A DNA stretch of 48,865 nucleotides from Nanoarchaeota archaeon SCGC AAA011-G17 (lineage in GTDB: Archaea > Nanobdellota > Nanobdellia > SCGC-AAA011-G17): the NCBI GenBank assembly GCA_000402515.1, contig AQRL01000033.1, forward strand, positions 1 to 48,865, written 5' to 3'. Shown here one piece after another: positions 8,018 through 17,485 of the stretch (within the stretch, counting starts at the first letter, position 1; each line of letters begins with the position of its first letter). The notes under the pieces are model-generated. The model saw only the letters and a program-made list of their open reading frames with translations, made no database searches and was not told the DNA's origin. Made by a program: the position numbers and the translations under genes.

Positions 8018-9044
8018 ATGGAGGAACATATGGGAAATTTACCCTTTGAAGAGATAAAAAGAAAAATACTTGTAAAAAAGGAAGGCACTACAGATGAAAA
8101 GTATGGATTAAGTCCTGGAAAGAGAGATATTAAAACTCTAATTAATTATGGTGTTGTTGTAATAAACAAACCTGCTGGTCCCACTTCTCATCAAGTAAGC
8201 GCTTATGTAAAAAATATTTTTGGGATAAAACAAGCTGGCCACGGCGGGACTCTAGAGTAAAAATCAGAGAAATCCCAATGTAACTGGTGTTTTGCCTGTT
8301 GCTTTAGGCAGGGCTACAAGGATAGTACAGGGATTATTGAAAGCTGGAAAGGAGTATGTTTGTTTAATGCATATTCACAAGGATGTCAGCGAACAAAGAA
8401 TCAGAGAAGTATTTAATGAGTTCATCGGGAAAATAAAACAAATACCCCCTGTAAGAAGCGCTGTAAAAAGGCAGGAAAGAGAGAGAAATATTTACTATAT
8501 TGAAATATTGGAGATTGATGAAAAAGATGTTCTTTTTAAGATTGGGTGCGAGGCAGGAACATATATCAGAAAAATTTGTGATGACGCGGGAAGAAGATTA
8601 GGAACAGGGGCGCATATGGCTGAATTAATAAGAACAAAGGCAGGACCATTTAGCGAGGACAATTGGTGTTCACTGCATGATTTAAAGGATGCTTATGAAT
8701 TTTATAAAGAGGGAGATGAAGAAGAACTAAAAAAAATAATATTACCAATAGAAAGAGCTGTTGAGCATTTGGGAAAAGTATGGATTTTTGATAATGCAGT
8801 TGATACTGTCTGTCATGGGGCTGATTTGAGCTTGCCAGGAATTTCAAAATTAGAGTCTGATATAAAACAAGGAGAGCTAATAGCTGTTATGACTCTTAAA
8901 GATGAATTAGTTTGTATGGGAGAGGCTTTAAAGAACAGTGAAGAAATGATGGATGAGGAAAAAGGGAAAGCTGTAAAAACAAAAAAAGTGTTTATGGAAA
9001 GAAGTATTTATCCAAAATTTGTTGTGAAGAAAAATGAGTCATAG
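8018..9044 (+). CDS. cbf5: tRNA/rRNA pseudouridine synthase Cbf5 (TruB family), split by a 16-nt BHB intron
   Basis: Exon 1 (8018-8255) ends ...GHGGTL. Exon 2 (8272-9044) continues PNVTGVLPVALGRATR... and includes a C-terminal PUA-like region. Joining G|AU recreates GTLDP, the TruB catalytic Asp motif. The spliced length is 1011 nt (336 aa plus stop). Confidence 0.88.
8256..8271 (+). other. Predicted BHB intron in cbf5 pre-mRNA (16 nt)
   Basis: RNA reads GGGA-CUCU[AGA]GUAAAAAUC-AGAG[AAA]UCCC. The outer helix is GGGA:UCCC (8246-8249 with 8273-8276) and the central helix is CUCU:AGAG (8250-8253 with 8266-8269). The 3-nt bulges are 8254-8256 and 8270-8272. The inner helix is minimal. Confidence 0.75.
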
Positions 9045-9399
9045 ACAATTAGCAGACATAGCAATTGAAAAACTTAAAGAACTTTCTGGAGTAACCAAGA
9101 TTATACTATATGGATCTGTAGCACGTGAAACATCTTCAGAAAAAAGTGATATTGATATTGCAATTATTCTAGATGATTCAATGAGGTTCTATCCGTTAGA
9201 TATGGAGGGTTATCCTGAGGGTTATCAAAATGAGATTAAAACATTAACGAATCATCTTGAAGATAGATATAATGTAAGATTTCATATTCCTCTATATTAT
9301 GAATCTGAGTTGGAAGAAGGAATTAAATTAGGAAGAGATATTCTTAATAAGGTAGGGATAGTAAAATTTGATGTTTTAGATTCTTTAGAATATGTGTAA
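9034..9399 (+). CDS. Minimal nucleotidyltransferase (MNT) domain protein
   Basis: LYGSVARETSSEKSDIDIAIIL is the GS-x(n)-DxD pol-beta-type nucleotidyltransferase motif. Confidence 0.7.
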   Translation: MSHRQLADIAIEKLKELSGVTKIILYGSVARETSSEKSDIDIAIILDDSMRFYPLDMEGYPEGYQNEIKTLTNHLEDRYNVRFHIPLYYESELEEGIKLGRDILNKVGIVKFDVLDSLEYV

Positions 9400-9438
9400 T
9401 AAAAAGAATTTATAAACTGCCTTTTTTATACTATTACT

Positions 9439-10398
9439 ATGTTAGTCAAAATTAACAGAAATAGCGGAATTCCCTTAATAGGGGCAATACAGTTTGGGAT
9501 AATTGACCGAGGAACTAATTTATTACAAATAAGACCAACAACTGTCTGCAATCTAAAATGCTCTTTTTGTTCTACAAGAGCAGGAGATCATGAGACTGAT
9601 TTTGAGATTGAAGTTGATTATTTACTAGACTGGATAAAAGAAGCTGCAAGAATTAAGGGAGATAATCTGATTGCATTTATTGAGAGTGTTGGAGAAACCT
9701 TAGCTTATCCTAAAATTATTGATTTGATAATAGGAATTAAAAAAATCAAAGAGTTCAAAGAAATCATATTGATGACTAATGGGATTTTATTAACAAAAGA
9801 GAAGATAAGAGAATTAAAAAAAGCAGGAGTAGGTAAAATAAATCTTTCAATTCACAGTTTAGATTTTAAAAGAAGCAAGGAATTAGCGGGATGTGAATAT
9901 AATATTCTGCATATAATTGAAATGGCTGAGTATATTAAAGAGCAAGGCATTGAATTGATTCTAACGCCTGTTTATATCCCTAATAATGAAAAAGATATTG
10001 AAGAGTTAATAATGTTAAGCAAGAAACTGGGCTGCAAGATAGGAATACAAAAATATGAAATACACAGGACTGGAAGAAAGCTGAAAAATGTAAAGGAAAT
10101 GACTTATTATACCTTTTATAAGAAATTAAAAGAATGGGAGAAAAAGTTTGACATTAAACTACTGCTAAACAGAAGGGATTTTGATATTGAAAAGAGGGCA
10201 AGAATAGAGACATTATTCCAGAAGGGGGATAAAATAAGGGTTGAAGTAAAGGAAAAGGGGTGGTGGAAGGGCCAGTTTTTGGGGATTAAGAACAATAGGC
10301 TGATAACTGTTATTGGCGAGAATTTGGGGCTTAATAGTCTTATAACAGCTAAGATCATTGATAATAAGGATGGAATATATATAGCCAAAAAGTTATAA
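9439..10398 (+). CDS. Radical SAM domain protein
   Basis: CNLKCSFC (CxxxCxxC) lies near the N-terminus, within a TIM-barrel-like region. Specific function is not assignable. Confidence 0.7.
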   Translation: MLVKINRNSGIPLIGAIQFGIIDRGTNLLQIRPTTVCNLKCSFCSTRAGDHETDFEIEVDYLLDWIKEAARIKGDNLIAFIESVGETLAYPKIIDLIIGIKKIKEFKEIILMTNGILLTKEKIRELKKAGVGKINLSIHSLDFKRSKELAGCEYNILHIIEMAEYIKEQGIELILTPVYIPNNEKDIEELIMLSKKLGCKIGIQKYEIHRTGRKLKNVKEMTYYTFYKKLKEWEKKFDIKLLLNRRDFDIEKRARIETLFQKGDKIRVEVKEKGWWKGQFLGIKNNRLITVIGENLGLNSLITAKIIDNKDGIYIAKKL

Positions 10399-10458
10399 TT
10401 CAATAGTGATTATAAAACTTTATATAAAACACCTTTTTATTAATTATATCAAAAGGAG

Positions 10459-10830
10459 GTGTTAATAGTGGCATCAAGAAAAGTTCAAGTTACCCCAAGA
10501 GTCAATAAAGGAGACTTAATTGGCGGATGGTCATTTTTAGTAGGTTTAGTTCTAGCTGTAATTTTAGGCGCTATGGGAAGTGTTGACGGCTTTGTAAGCA
10601 CAATACTAATAATCCTAGGATTAATTGTCGGTTTCTTAAATGTTTCAGACAAAGAAACAAACCAATTTTTACTTGCTGGACTTACTTTAGTTATCGTAGC
10701 AAGTTTTGGAGCAGGGGCATTACAGGGATTAACTGCTGTAGCTGACATATTACACGCAGTATTAATACTATTTGTACCTGCAACAATAATCGTAGCATTA
10801 AAATCTGTATTCCAGATAGCTAGAAGATAA
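10459..10830 (+). CDS. Hypothetical integral membrane protein
   Basis: Three to four hydrophobic helices. GGAGGTG precedes a GTG start region, so the exact start is uncertain. Confidence 0.5.
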   Translation: MLIVASRKVQVTPRVNKGDLIGGWSFLVGLVLAVILGAMGSVDGFVSTILIILGLIVGFLNVSDKETNQFLLAGLTLVIVASFGAGALQGLTAVADILHAVLILFVPATIIVALKSVFQIARR

Positions 10831-10832
10831 GC

Positions 10833-10851
10833 TTTTTTTTCTTTTTTTTTT
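10833..10851 (+). terminator. Oligo-T tract (T8-C-T10) downstream of the membrane-protein gene
   Basis: GCTTTTTTTTCTTTTTTTTTT follows directly after the stop at 10830. Archaeal RNA polymerase terminates at oligo-T tracts. Confidence 0.4.
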
Positions 10852-10859
10852 AGTTTTAA

Positions 10860-11474
10860 TTAGAGAGAATTCTTTCTGTAAATAATTGCTATATCCTCAT
10901 CTGTTCCCCTTGCTTTTCTAGCCCTATCAAATATTTCTTTTTTTATTTCTAAAGATGGGGCTGGTTCTGACCCAAACTGACTGTGAACATAAACTGATTG
11001 TTTAGAATATCCAATTAGTGGGACAAAATGCCCCTGATATCCCTTTTCTGATTTATTATTAATTATATTCCAATCTAATAGAACAACAGGTATGCTATCT
11101 TTGGTTAAGCAAGATAAAACTTCATTAAGAGGTATGCTTTTTTCTTTTAGTTTGACACCTGCTATTTTTGCTTCTTCAACAAGTTTTTTTGACTCCTCAT
11201 CTTCAATTCCCCCATATCTTTTATAGAAGTCTAATTTTTTGTGGCTTTCATCAGAATAAAGGCTTTTTGAAAAAAAAGAGACTGGAAACCCTAACTTTGC
11301 AGCAGCTATTGCTAATCTTATGGTTGATACTGCTTTTCCTTCACGCATTTCTACTATTTTTTCAAGTGCTTCTATCCCATAATCTTTTTCCAAATAGTGT
11401 AAAACCATTCTTAGAACATTTGGTCCGCAGTTTAATTTTGTAGTCTGCTTATGATATGGAACATGTAATTTCAT
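10860..11474 (-). CDS. Peptidase C39-like (papain-fold cysteine protease) domain protein
   Basis: HVPYHKQTTKLNCGPNVLRMVLHY has the nucleophile-Cys context, and GHFVPLIGY has a His, resembling C39-like domains. Confidence 0.5.
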   Translation of the reverse strand: MKLHVPYHKQTTKLNCGPNVLRMVLHYLEKDYGIEALEKIVEMREGKAVSTIRLAIAAAKLGFPVSFFSKSLYSDESHKKLDFYKRYGGIEDEESKKLVEEAKIAGVKLKEKSIPLNEVLSCLTKDSIPVVLLDWNIINNKSEKGYQGHFVPLIGYSKQSVYVHSQFGSEPAPSLEIKKEIFDRARKARGTDEDIAIIYRKNSL

Positions 11475-11534
11475 AAGTATAACATAAAGCAGAGGTTAAA
11501 ATAAGTTTCTAAATATAATCAGAATTGTTTTTCA

Positions 11535-11897
11535 CTATTTACTATAATTCGTATCTGATATCAATATTTGGTCTTTGGCTCTACCTCCAGGAAGACCAGT
11601 AGCTATCAAATTAGAATCATTATATTCATACACGTGTTGAATTTTTTCTCTTGGTATGTGTACTGGAGATTTACTATTTGGGGATGTTGTTATACCTATC
11701 CCTATGCTAGGAGGAACACCTGAACCCCCTTCTTTACATAAAACCATTTCTAACTTATTATTCCAATTCCCAAGAACTACTTCATCATCTTTTACTGATG
11801 CTAATGTTCCTGCATAATGAGCATTTATACATTCAAATATACGTGATGGTTCAGTACTCTCAATAACTACTTTTTTTCCAACAAGACCTTCTAACAT
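11535..11897 (-). CDS. Hypothetical protein, possibly with an Sm-like N-terminal fold
   Basis: ORF only. VGKKVVIES...GTLASVKDDEVVLGN weakly resembles an LSm pattern. Confidence 0.35.
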   Translation of the reverse strand: MLEGLVGKKVVIESTEPSRIFECINAHYAGTLASVKDDEVVLGNWNNKLEMVLCKEGGSGVPPSIGIGITTSPNSKSPVHIPREKIQHVYEYNDSNLIATGLPGGRAKDQILISDTNYSK

Positions 11898-11941
11898 AAA
11901 ATTTAGGTAAGGTGCATATTTTTAAAGATTTATTTCTTTCT

Positions 11942-12466
11942 TTATATATAATCAGAAATCTTATGTTTCAGTTCTAGATGTATTAGCCAGATAAATAAAA
12001 GGATTGCATCTATGCCGGGGAGCAAGGTTCCTTCCAGATTATTTTTTATCAAATTTAACCCAATCTCGTAATAAGAGAAGGGATAAAACGGCTTAATTGA
12101 GCCTGCCAAAACTGCATCTAAAATTAAGTGTATAAAGATACCAAAAGCAATCATGTAAAAAACCCAATTTAATTTTAATTTGTCTTTGTATAGCCTTACT
12201 TTAATCCCTTTTGTAAAAAAGCCTAGGATTAAAAATATTAAGGGGAAAAATAAGGTATGAGTAAATGTTCTGTGAATATCTGACAGTGAAATGCTCATAA
12301 AACCATTCAATAGCCAGTAAACAACAACATCAATATCCGGCAATAATCCTGCTAACCCTGCTATTAAAACATAGTGCAGATGTATTTTCTTTGCTTTGTG
12401 CAGATAGTTTCTGTATAAATCTACCAGAACTAATGGGAATAATACATGAGTAACTGCATGAGGCAT
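11942..12466 (-). CDS. Membrane-bound metal-dependent hydrolase, DUF457/YdjM family
   Basis: N-terminal HAVTH, LPDIDV and HRTFTHTLFFP motifs, with multiple transmembrane helices. Confidence 0.6.
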   Translation of the reverse strand: MPHAVTHVLFPLVLVDLYRNYLHKAKKIHLHYVLIAGLAGLLPDIDVVVYWLLNGFMSISLSDIHRTFTHTLFFPLIFLILGFFTKGIKVRLYKDKLKLNWVFYMIAFGIFIHLILDAVLAGSIKPFYPFSYYEIGLNLIKNNLEGTLLPGIDAILLFIWLIHLELKHKISDYI

Positions 12467-12538
12467 ATCATAAATAATTGTAGTTTGTTTAATAATGTTT
12501 TGGAAAATTATATAAAGTTAGTTTCAATTACAAAGTAG

Positions 12539-14083
12539 ATGGAAGAAAGCAATTATCACTGGGCTGATCTGGCTGCTGAGAAAGTAATTGAAGAATTTAA
12601 GGGAAATAAACTATTTGTTTGTGCTGCTGGAATAACTCCTTCTGGGACAGTTCATATTGGAAATTTCAGAGAGGTAATTACTGTTTATTTAGTAAGCAAG
12701 GCACTAATGGATAAAGGCAAGAAGGTCAGATTTATTTATTCCTGGGATGATTATGACAGATTAAGAAAGATTCCAAAGAATTTGCCAAAACAGGAATTGT
12801 TAAAAAAATATCTTGGAAAACCAACTGTTGATACTCCTGACCCATATGGCTGCCATAAGAATTATGCAGAGCATTTAGAAAAGGAATTTGAAAAAGAATT
12901 GCCTAAAGTAGATATTCATCCGGAATTTCTTTACCAGAGCAAGAAATACAGAAAATGCGAGTATGCTGACCAAATAAAATATGTCTTAAGCAAAAGAGAT
13001 GAGGTAAAAGTTATACTTGATAAGTACAGAGAGGAAAAATTAGAAGATGATTGGTTCCCATTAAACGTTTTCTGTGAGAAATGCGGAACTGATGAGACAA
13101 AAGTAACGGACTATGATGGTGAATATACAATAAAGTACAAATGCAAATGCGGCTATGAAAATTCTATTGACTTCAGAAAGAAAGGGATTGTAAAACTGCC
13201 ATGGCGTTTAGATTGGGGGATGAGATGGGAGTATGAGGGTGTTAATTTTGAGCCTGGAGGAAAAGAGCACAGCACTCCTGGTGGAAGCAGAGATACTGCA
13301 AAAGAGATTTTTGAAAAACTTTATCCTGAAAAAAAAGTTCCTATTTATATGATGTATGACTATATTATTGTTAAAGGCATTGGCGGAAAGATGAGCAGTT
13401 CTTTGGGGAATGTTATAAACCTTAAGGATGCTCTTGAGATTTATGAGCCTAGTGTTCTAAGATGGATATTTACAAGCACGAGACCAAACACTGAATTTGC
13501 CATAAGCTTTGATATGGATGTTTTGAAGATTTATGAGGATTTTGACAAATGCGAGAGAATTTATTTTGACAAAGAAGAGATTAAGAATGAAAAAGAAAGA
13601 GATAAGCAAAAGAGGATTTATGAGCTGTCCTGCATTAAGGTTCCTAAGAAAATACCTAAGCAGCACACATTCAGGCATTTGACTACATTATTACAGATTT
13701 ATGAAATGGATGTTGATAAAACTGTTAAGAAATTCAAGATAAAAAATAAAGAAAGGGTTATTTGTGCAAAGAATTGGATAGAGAAATATGCACCTGAGGA
13801 ACTGAAATTCAAGGTTGTTGGCAAGGTCAAGGCTAAAATAACTAAAGAGTATAAAGAGGCTTTATTAGAATTAGCAAATAGATTAGAGAAAAAGAATTAT
13901 AATGAGCAGGAATTATTTAATGAGTTCTATGAAATCTGCAACAAGTTTAATTTAAAGAACACTGAATTTTTCAAGGCTGCTTATAATGTTTTAATAAATA
14001 AAGATAAGGGACCAAGACTGGCTGGGTTTATTCTGGCAATTGGAAAGAACAGGGTTATAAAATTGTTAAAGCAGTTAAAATGA
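12539..14083 (+). CDS. lysS: Lysyl-tRNA synthetase, class I (archaeal type)
   Basis: GITPSGTVHIGNFREV (HIGH region), a CxxC...CxC zinc module and GGKMSSSLGN (KMSSS) are characteristic of class I LysRS. Confidence 0.9.
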   Translation: MEESNYHWADLAAEKVIEEFKGNKLFVCAAGITPSGTVHIGNFREVITVYLVSKALMDKGKKVRFIYSWDDYDRLRKIPKNLPKQELLKKYLGKPTVDTPDPYGCHKNYAEHLEKEFEKELPKVDIHPEFLYQSKKYRKCEYADQIKYVLSKRDEVKVILDKYREEKLEDDWFPLNVFCEKCGTDETKVTDYDGEYTIKYKCKCGYENSIDFRKKGIVKLPWRLDWGMRWEYEGVNFEPGGKEHSTPGGSRDTAKEIFEKLYPEKKVPIYMMYDYIIVKGIGGKMSSSLGNVINLKDALEIYEPSVLRWIFTSTRPNTEFAISFDMDVLKIYEDFDKCERIYFDKEEIKNEKERDKQKRIYELSCIKVPKKIPKQHTFRHLTTLLQIYEMDVDKTVKKFKIKNKERVICAKNWIEKYAPEELKFKVVGKVKAKITKEYKEALLELANRLEKKNYNEQELFNEFYEICNKFNLKNTEFFKAAYNVLINKDKGPRLAGFILAIGKNRVIKLLKQLK

Positions 14084-14244
14084 ATCAATCATTAATATTT
14101 ATAATAAGCCTGATTTGTTTGGGGGTAGTTTGGTATGTTTTATTTGGCTGGAAACAATTTAAAGAGGTTTATGAGAAATGAGCAAATTATTTAAATAACA
14201 GAAAGGCTTATAAGTGTAATAAATATTGTACAGATGTACCAAAA

Positions 14245-14766
14245 ATGTTACATAAAAACAAAATAAAGATAATGGAGCTATTTTTTGAAGAGCCCTCCAA
14301 GAATTTTCAGATAAGGGAAATCAGCAGATTAAAAAACATGGCAGTTACTTCTGTTAAAAAATATCTAGAAGGACTACAGACAGAAGATTTAGTAAAAAAA
14401 GATAAAAAGACATTGTATCCAAGTTATATTGCAAATCAACAAAACAGATTATTTAATATTTATAAGCAACAATTGATTATTTTTAAGCTATATTCTTCCG
14501 GCTTGATAGACTATTTAGAAGATGAACTAAGTCCTAAATGTATAATCCTATTTGGAAGTGCTAGGAAGGGAGAATATTACAAAAAAAGCGATATAGATAT
14601 TTATATACAGACAAATGAAAAAAGCATAAATCTTAGGAAATTTGAGGGCATATTAAAACACAAGATAAATTTATTTTTTGAAGAAGACATTAATAAATTG
14701 AGCAAAGAACTATTTAACAATATAATAAACGGCATAAAATTATCCGGATATTTAACATTGAGATGA
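14245..14766 (+). CDS. wHTH plus nucleotidyltransferase (MNT) domain protein, partner of the downstream HEPN gene
   Basis: LFGSARKGEYYKKSDIDIYI is the nucleotidyltransferase motif. The N-terminus looks like a winged helix. There is an ATGA overlap with the next ORF. Confidence 0.7.
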   Translation: MLHKNKIKIMELFFEEPSKNFQIREISRLKNMAVTSVKKYLEGLQTEDLVKKDKKTLYPSYIANQQNRLFNIYKQQLIIFKLYSSGLIDYLEDELSPKCIILFGSARKGEYYKKSDIDIYIQTNEKSINLRKFEGILKHKINLFFEEDINKLSKELFNNIINGIKLSGYLTLR

Positions 14767-15195
14767 AAAAAGAGATAATGGACTGGGATATTTGTAAAAA
14801 AGAGCATGTAAGAGAAACAAGTGCTGATAATAACAAGATTAATTCTATATTAAAAATGTGTTCTGTTCGATTAAGATTTATAAAAAAAACAGGAAATAGA
14901 CGATGAAACTGCATCAATTATTATTGAAAATTATTATGAAATCATAAAGGAACTATTGACTGCCTTATTACTTAAAAATGGATTAAAATCAGACAATCAT
15001 GAATGCCTGATATCTTATTTAAAAAAAAATTATCCAAGTTATGAATATGAAACCAATATAATATTTGGGTTGAAGAATATCAGAAATAGGATTAATTATG
15101 ATGGATTTTTTGTTGATAAACAGTATTTAATTAAAAATAAATTAGAATTTGAGCATATTATTGAACTTTTGATAAAATTAATAACAGAGGGTTAA
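14763..15195 (+). CDS. HEPN domain protein, frame interrupted in an A8 tract
   Basis: The ATG at 14763 overlaps the MNT stop. The frame breaks at A8 (14882-14889). Reading 7 A's gives ...RFIKKQEIDDETASIIIENYYEIIKELLTALLLKNG...NIRNRINYDG, which is HEPN-like. Confidence 0.6.
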
Positions 15196-15196
15196 A

Positions 15197-15613
15197 ATGA
15201 GCACCAAAGGAAAGGGAACAAGGGCTGAAAGAGAATTATTCCATATGTTTTGGGAGACTGGTTCTTTTATTCCTGTAAGAGCGGCAGGTTCTGGGAGTAC
15301 CCCCATTCCTAATCCTGATTTGATTGTCGGCAATGGTGAAAAGACTTTTGCTATTGAATGCAAGGCTCTGAAATCAGGAAGTAAATATTTCCCAAAAAAA
15401 GAGATTGACGAATTAAAGATATTCAGTGAGAGATTTGGCGCTGAGCCCTGGATTGGAATAAGGTTTGATAATGAGGGATGGTGGTTCTTGGATTTAAATA
15501 ATTTAGGGAAAAGCAAGAAAGACAACTTTATGGTTTCATTAGATATTGCCAGAAAGAGGGGATTAAGGTTTGAGGAATTAATCGGGAAATTCAAACAGAA
15601 AAAGATAATATAG
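15197..15613 (+). CDS. hjc: Holliday junction resolvase Hjc
   Basis: KGTRAERELFHMFWETGSFIPVRAAGSG...PDLIVGNGEKTFAIECK...ELKIFSERFGAEPWIGIRF is the archaeal Hjc nuclease-fold signature. Confidence 0.85.
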   Translation: MSTKGKGTRAERELFHMFWETGSFIPVRAAGSGSTPIPNPDLIVGNGEKTFAIECKALKSGSKYFPKKEIDELKIFSERFGAEPWIGIRFDNEGWWFLDLNNLGKSKKDNFMVSLDIARKRGLRFEELIGKFKQKKII

Positions 15614-15628
15614 ATAAATTTATAATAA

Positions 15629-15645
15629 ACGAAATATTACGTGTT
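15629..15645 (-). promoter_or_regulatory. Candidate operator AACACGTAATATTTCGT between the TATA box and the start of the HTH_10 regulator gene
   Basis: Its reverse complement matches 16337-16353 (AACACGAAATATTTCGC) at 15/17 positions. Confidence 0.35.
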
Positions 15646-15648
15646 TCT

Positions 15649-16335
15649 ATGTGGGTTGCAAAAATAAATGCTATTGATGAAAAGAATCCATTACATCAAG
15701 TAATCAAGGAAACGGGAATTACTCTCTATTACTATCCTTTGAATAATTATACAAAAGGAAACCGCTATTATTTTATTGCTTCTGGCTTGATTGCCGGAAC
15801 AGATGAGCAGAAAAAAGAATTTTTTAAAGAGTTTAGAAAATTAAAGAAATATTCCAAGAAAAGAAGGGTTTTGAATTATTTAGAAACGAAGGGAGATTTT
15901 CTGATGTTTATTACCTCTGAAACCAAGAGCGAGGAATTAAAGAAATTTATTCATATCTATTATAACCCTGCTGTAATTCACGTTAAGCCTGCTGTAATAT
16001 ATCCTAATTTAGAGGAAGAGCAGGAGGTTGCATGCATTGACAGGAAAATCCTTGAGAAGATGATCAATATTGCCAGAAAGAAGTATAAAGGAGAATTATC
16101 TTATCTAAAACAAGAAAAGATAGCAGATATTGGGATACTAAGTATTCTTCCAAAGATAACAGAGAAACAAAAAAGAGCCCTGCATCTGGCTATAGAAAGG
16201 GGCTATTATGAATATCCAAGGAAGATTGAACTTAAAAAGTTGGCTAAATTAATGGATATTTCTCTTTCTACTTATCAGGCACATTTGAGAAAGGCTGAAA
16301 GGAAATTACTGCCCTTTATAGGGAAGAAATTCTAA
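15649..16335 (+). CDS. HTH_10 (Bat-type) transcriptional regulator
   Basis: The C-terminal TEKQKRALHLAIERGYYEYPRKIELKKLAKLMDISLSTYQAHLRKAERKLL is the canonical HTH_10 domain. Confidence 0.75.
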   Translation: MWVAKINAIDEKNPLHQVIKETGITLYYYPLNNYTKGNRYYFIASGLIAGTDEQKKEFFKEFRKLKKYSKKRRVLNYLETKGDFLMFITSETKSEELKKFIHIYYNPAVIHVKPAVIYPNLEEEQEVACIDRKILEKMINIARKKYKGELSYLKQEKIADIGILSILPKITEKQKRALHLAIERGYYEYPRKIELKKLAKLMDISLSTYQAHLRKAERKLLPFIGKKF

Positions 16336-16336
16336 A

Positions 16337-16353
16337 AACACGAAATATTTCGC
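16337..16353 (+). promoter_or_regulatory. Candidate operator containing the perfect palindrome CGAAATATTTCG, upstream of the next gene's TATA box
   Basis: The 12-bp palindrome lies at 16341-16352 and is followed by CTATAAATTAGATATAA. Confidence 0.35.
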
Positions 16354-16403
16354 TATAAATTAGATATAATGCTCTATTTCTAACTTGTTAGTAATAAATT
16401 AGT

Positions 16404-17483
16404 TTGAGAAAGAGAATGAAAAATTCAAGAAGAGAGTATTTTGATATACTCACAAAGGATGGCGAAGATGTAGATAGATATTTAGAAGAATATTACGAAG
16501 AAAAAATCTTTCCAAATTTTCCAGAAAAAAGAGAAATAATAAGAGGAATGCTAGAGAGAAAAAAAGGAAAGCAAAAATTAAGAGCAACGGCAACACATCT
16601 TGCCGTCTGTGCATTTATTGGTTATAGTTATGATGAAGAGTTAATAAGAATAAAGAGCGCAATTGAACTATTGAATTGGTCAACTTATCATGAGAATTGG
16701 GTAATTGATGGAAAAAATAATGGTGACAAAGATGCAAGAAAGAGAGAGAATGTACTTGGAATTATAGGATTTTATAATGATGCTATAAATATTGTTGCTG
16801 AAAATAGGGATAAGGGCATTGATTATGTTTTAACTCTAAAAGATATTCAAGAAAGAGTATTAAGGGGGTTTGAGGCAGAGAGGCATTTAAGTTTGGAGAA
16901 TGAACAAATTCTTAAAAATAAAAAATTATTTGAAAAATATTACAATATCAGAAACGATGATGCAGTTGGCTATTTCTTTGATGGTTGTGTTAAGATAGCA
17001 AGAATTTATAGTGATGGTGATAAAAAATTAGAAGAAAAATTAAGGTCTGTGTATAGGGATTTTGGAAGGGGTTCGGAAATTCTAAATGATTTGAGTGATT
17101 TTGTTATAACTACTGATAACCCAATTTCACATGAAAAAATAAGAGCAGACCAATTCTCTGATTTAAGGACAGATACAGTGACACTCCCTATATGGCTAAT
17201 GTATAATAAATCCTCAGAAAAGGACAGAGAATTTTTGAAGCATTTAAAGGGAAAAAGAATAATTGATAAACCAGAATCTAAGAAAGTTTTAGGAATATTT
17301 TATTCAACTGGAGCATATGAAGAAACAAAATCAGAGATAATCCATTTATATACAAGAATAAGAAAAAATTTAAGAGAGGTTGATATTGTCCCCCACATAA
17401 AAAGCTTATTAGGCAGTATGATATCTTCATTAAGTAGCAATAGGTTTTATCATAATTTAAAAAATAATTATATTTGGAGGTAA
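16404..17483 (+). CDS. Hypothetical protein, possibly a divergent all-alpha isoprenoid-synthase-like fold
   Basis: Long ORF. NWVIDGKNN and ILNDLSDF resemble degenerate DDxxD-type motifs only weakly. The start may be the ATG at 16416. Confidence 0.35.
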   Translation: MRKRMKNSRREYFDILTKDGEDVDRYLEEYYEEKIFPNFPEKREIIRGMLERKKGKQKLRATATHLAVCAFIGYSYDEELIRIKSAIELLNWSTYHENWVIDGKNNGDKDARKRENVLGIIGFYNDAINIVAENRDKGIDYVLTLKDIQERVLRGFEAERHLSLENEQILKNKKLFEKYYNIRNDDAVGYFFDGCVKIARIYSDGDKKLEEKLRSVYRDFGRGSEILNDLSDFVITTDNPISHEKIRADQFSDLRTDTVTLPIWLMYNKSSEKDREFLKHLKGKRIIDKPESKKVLGIFYSTGAYEETKSEIIHLYTRIRKNLREVDIVPHIKSLLGSMISSLSSNRFYHNLKNNYIWR

Positions 17484-17485
17484 AA

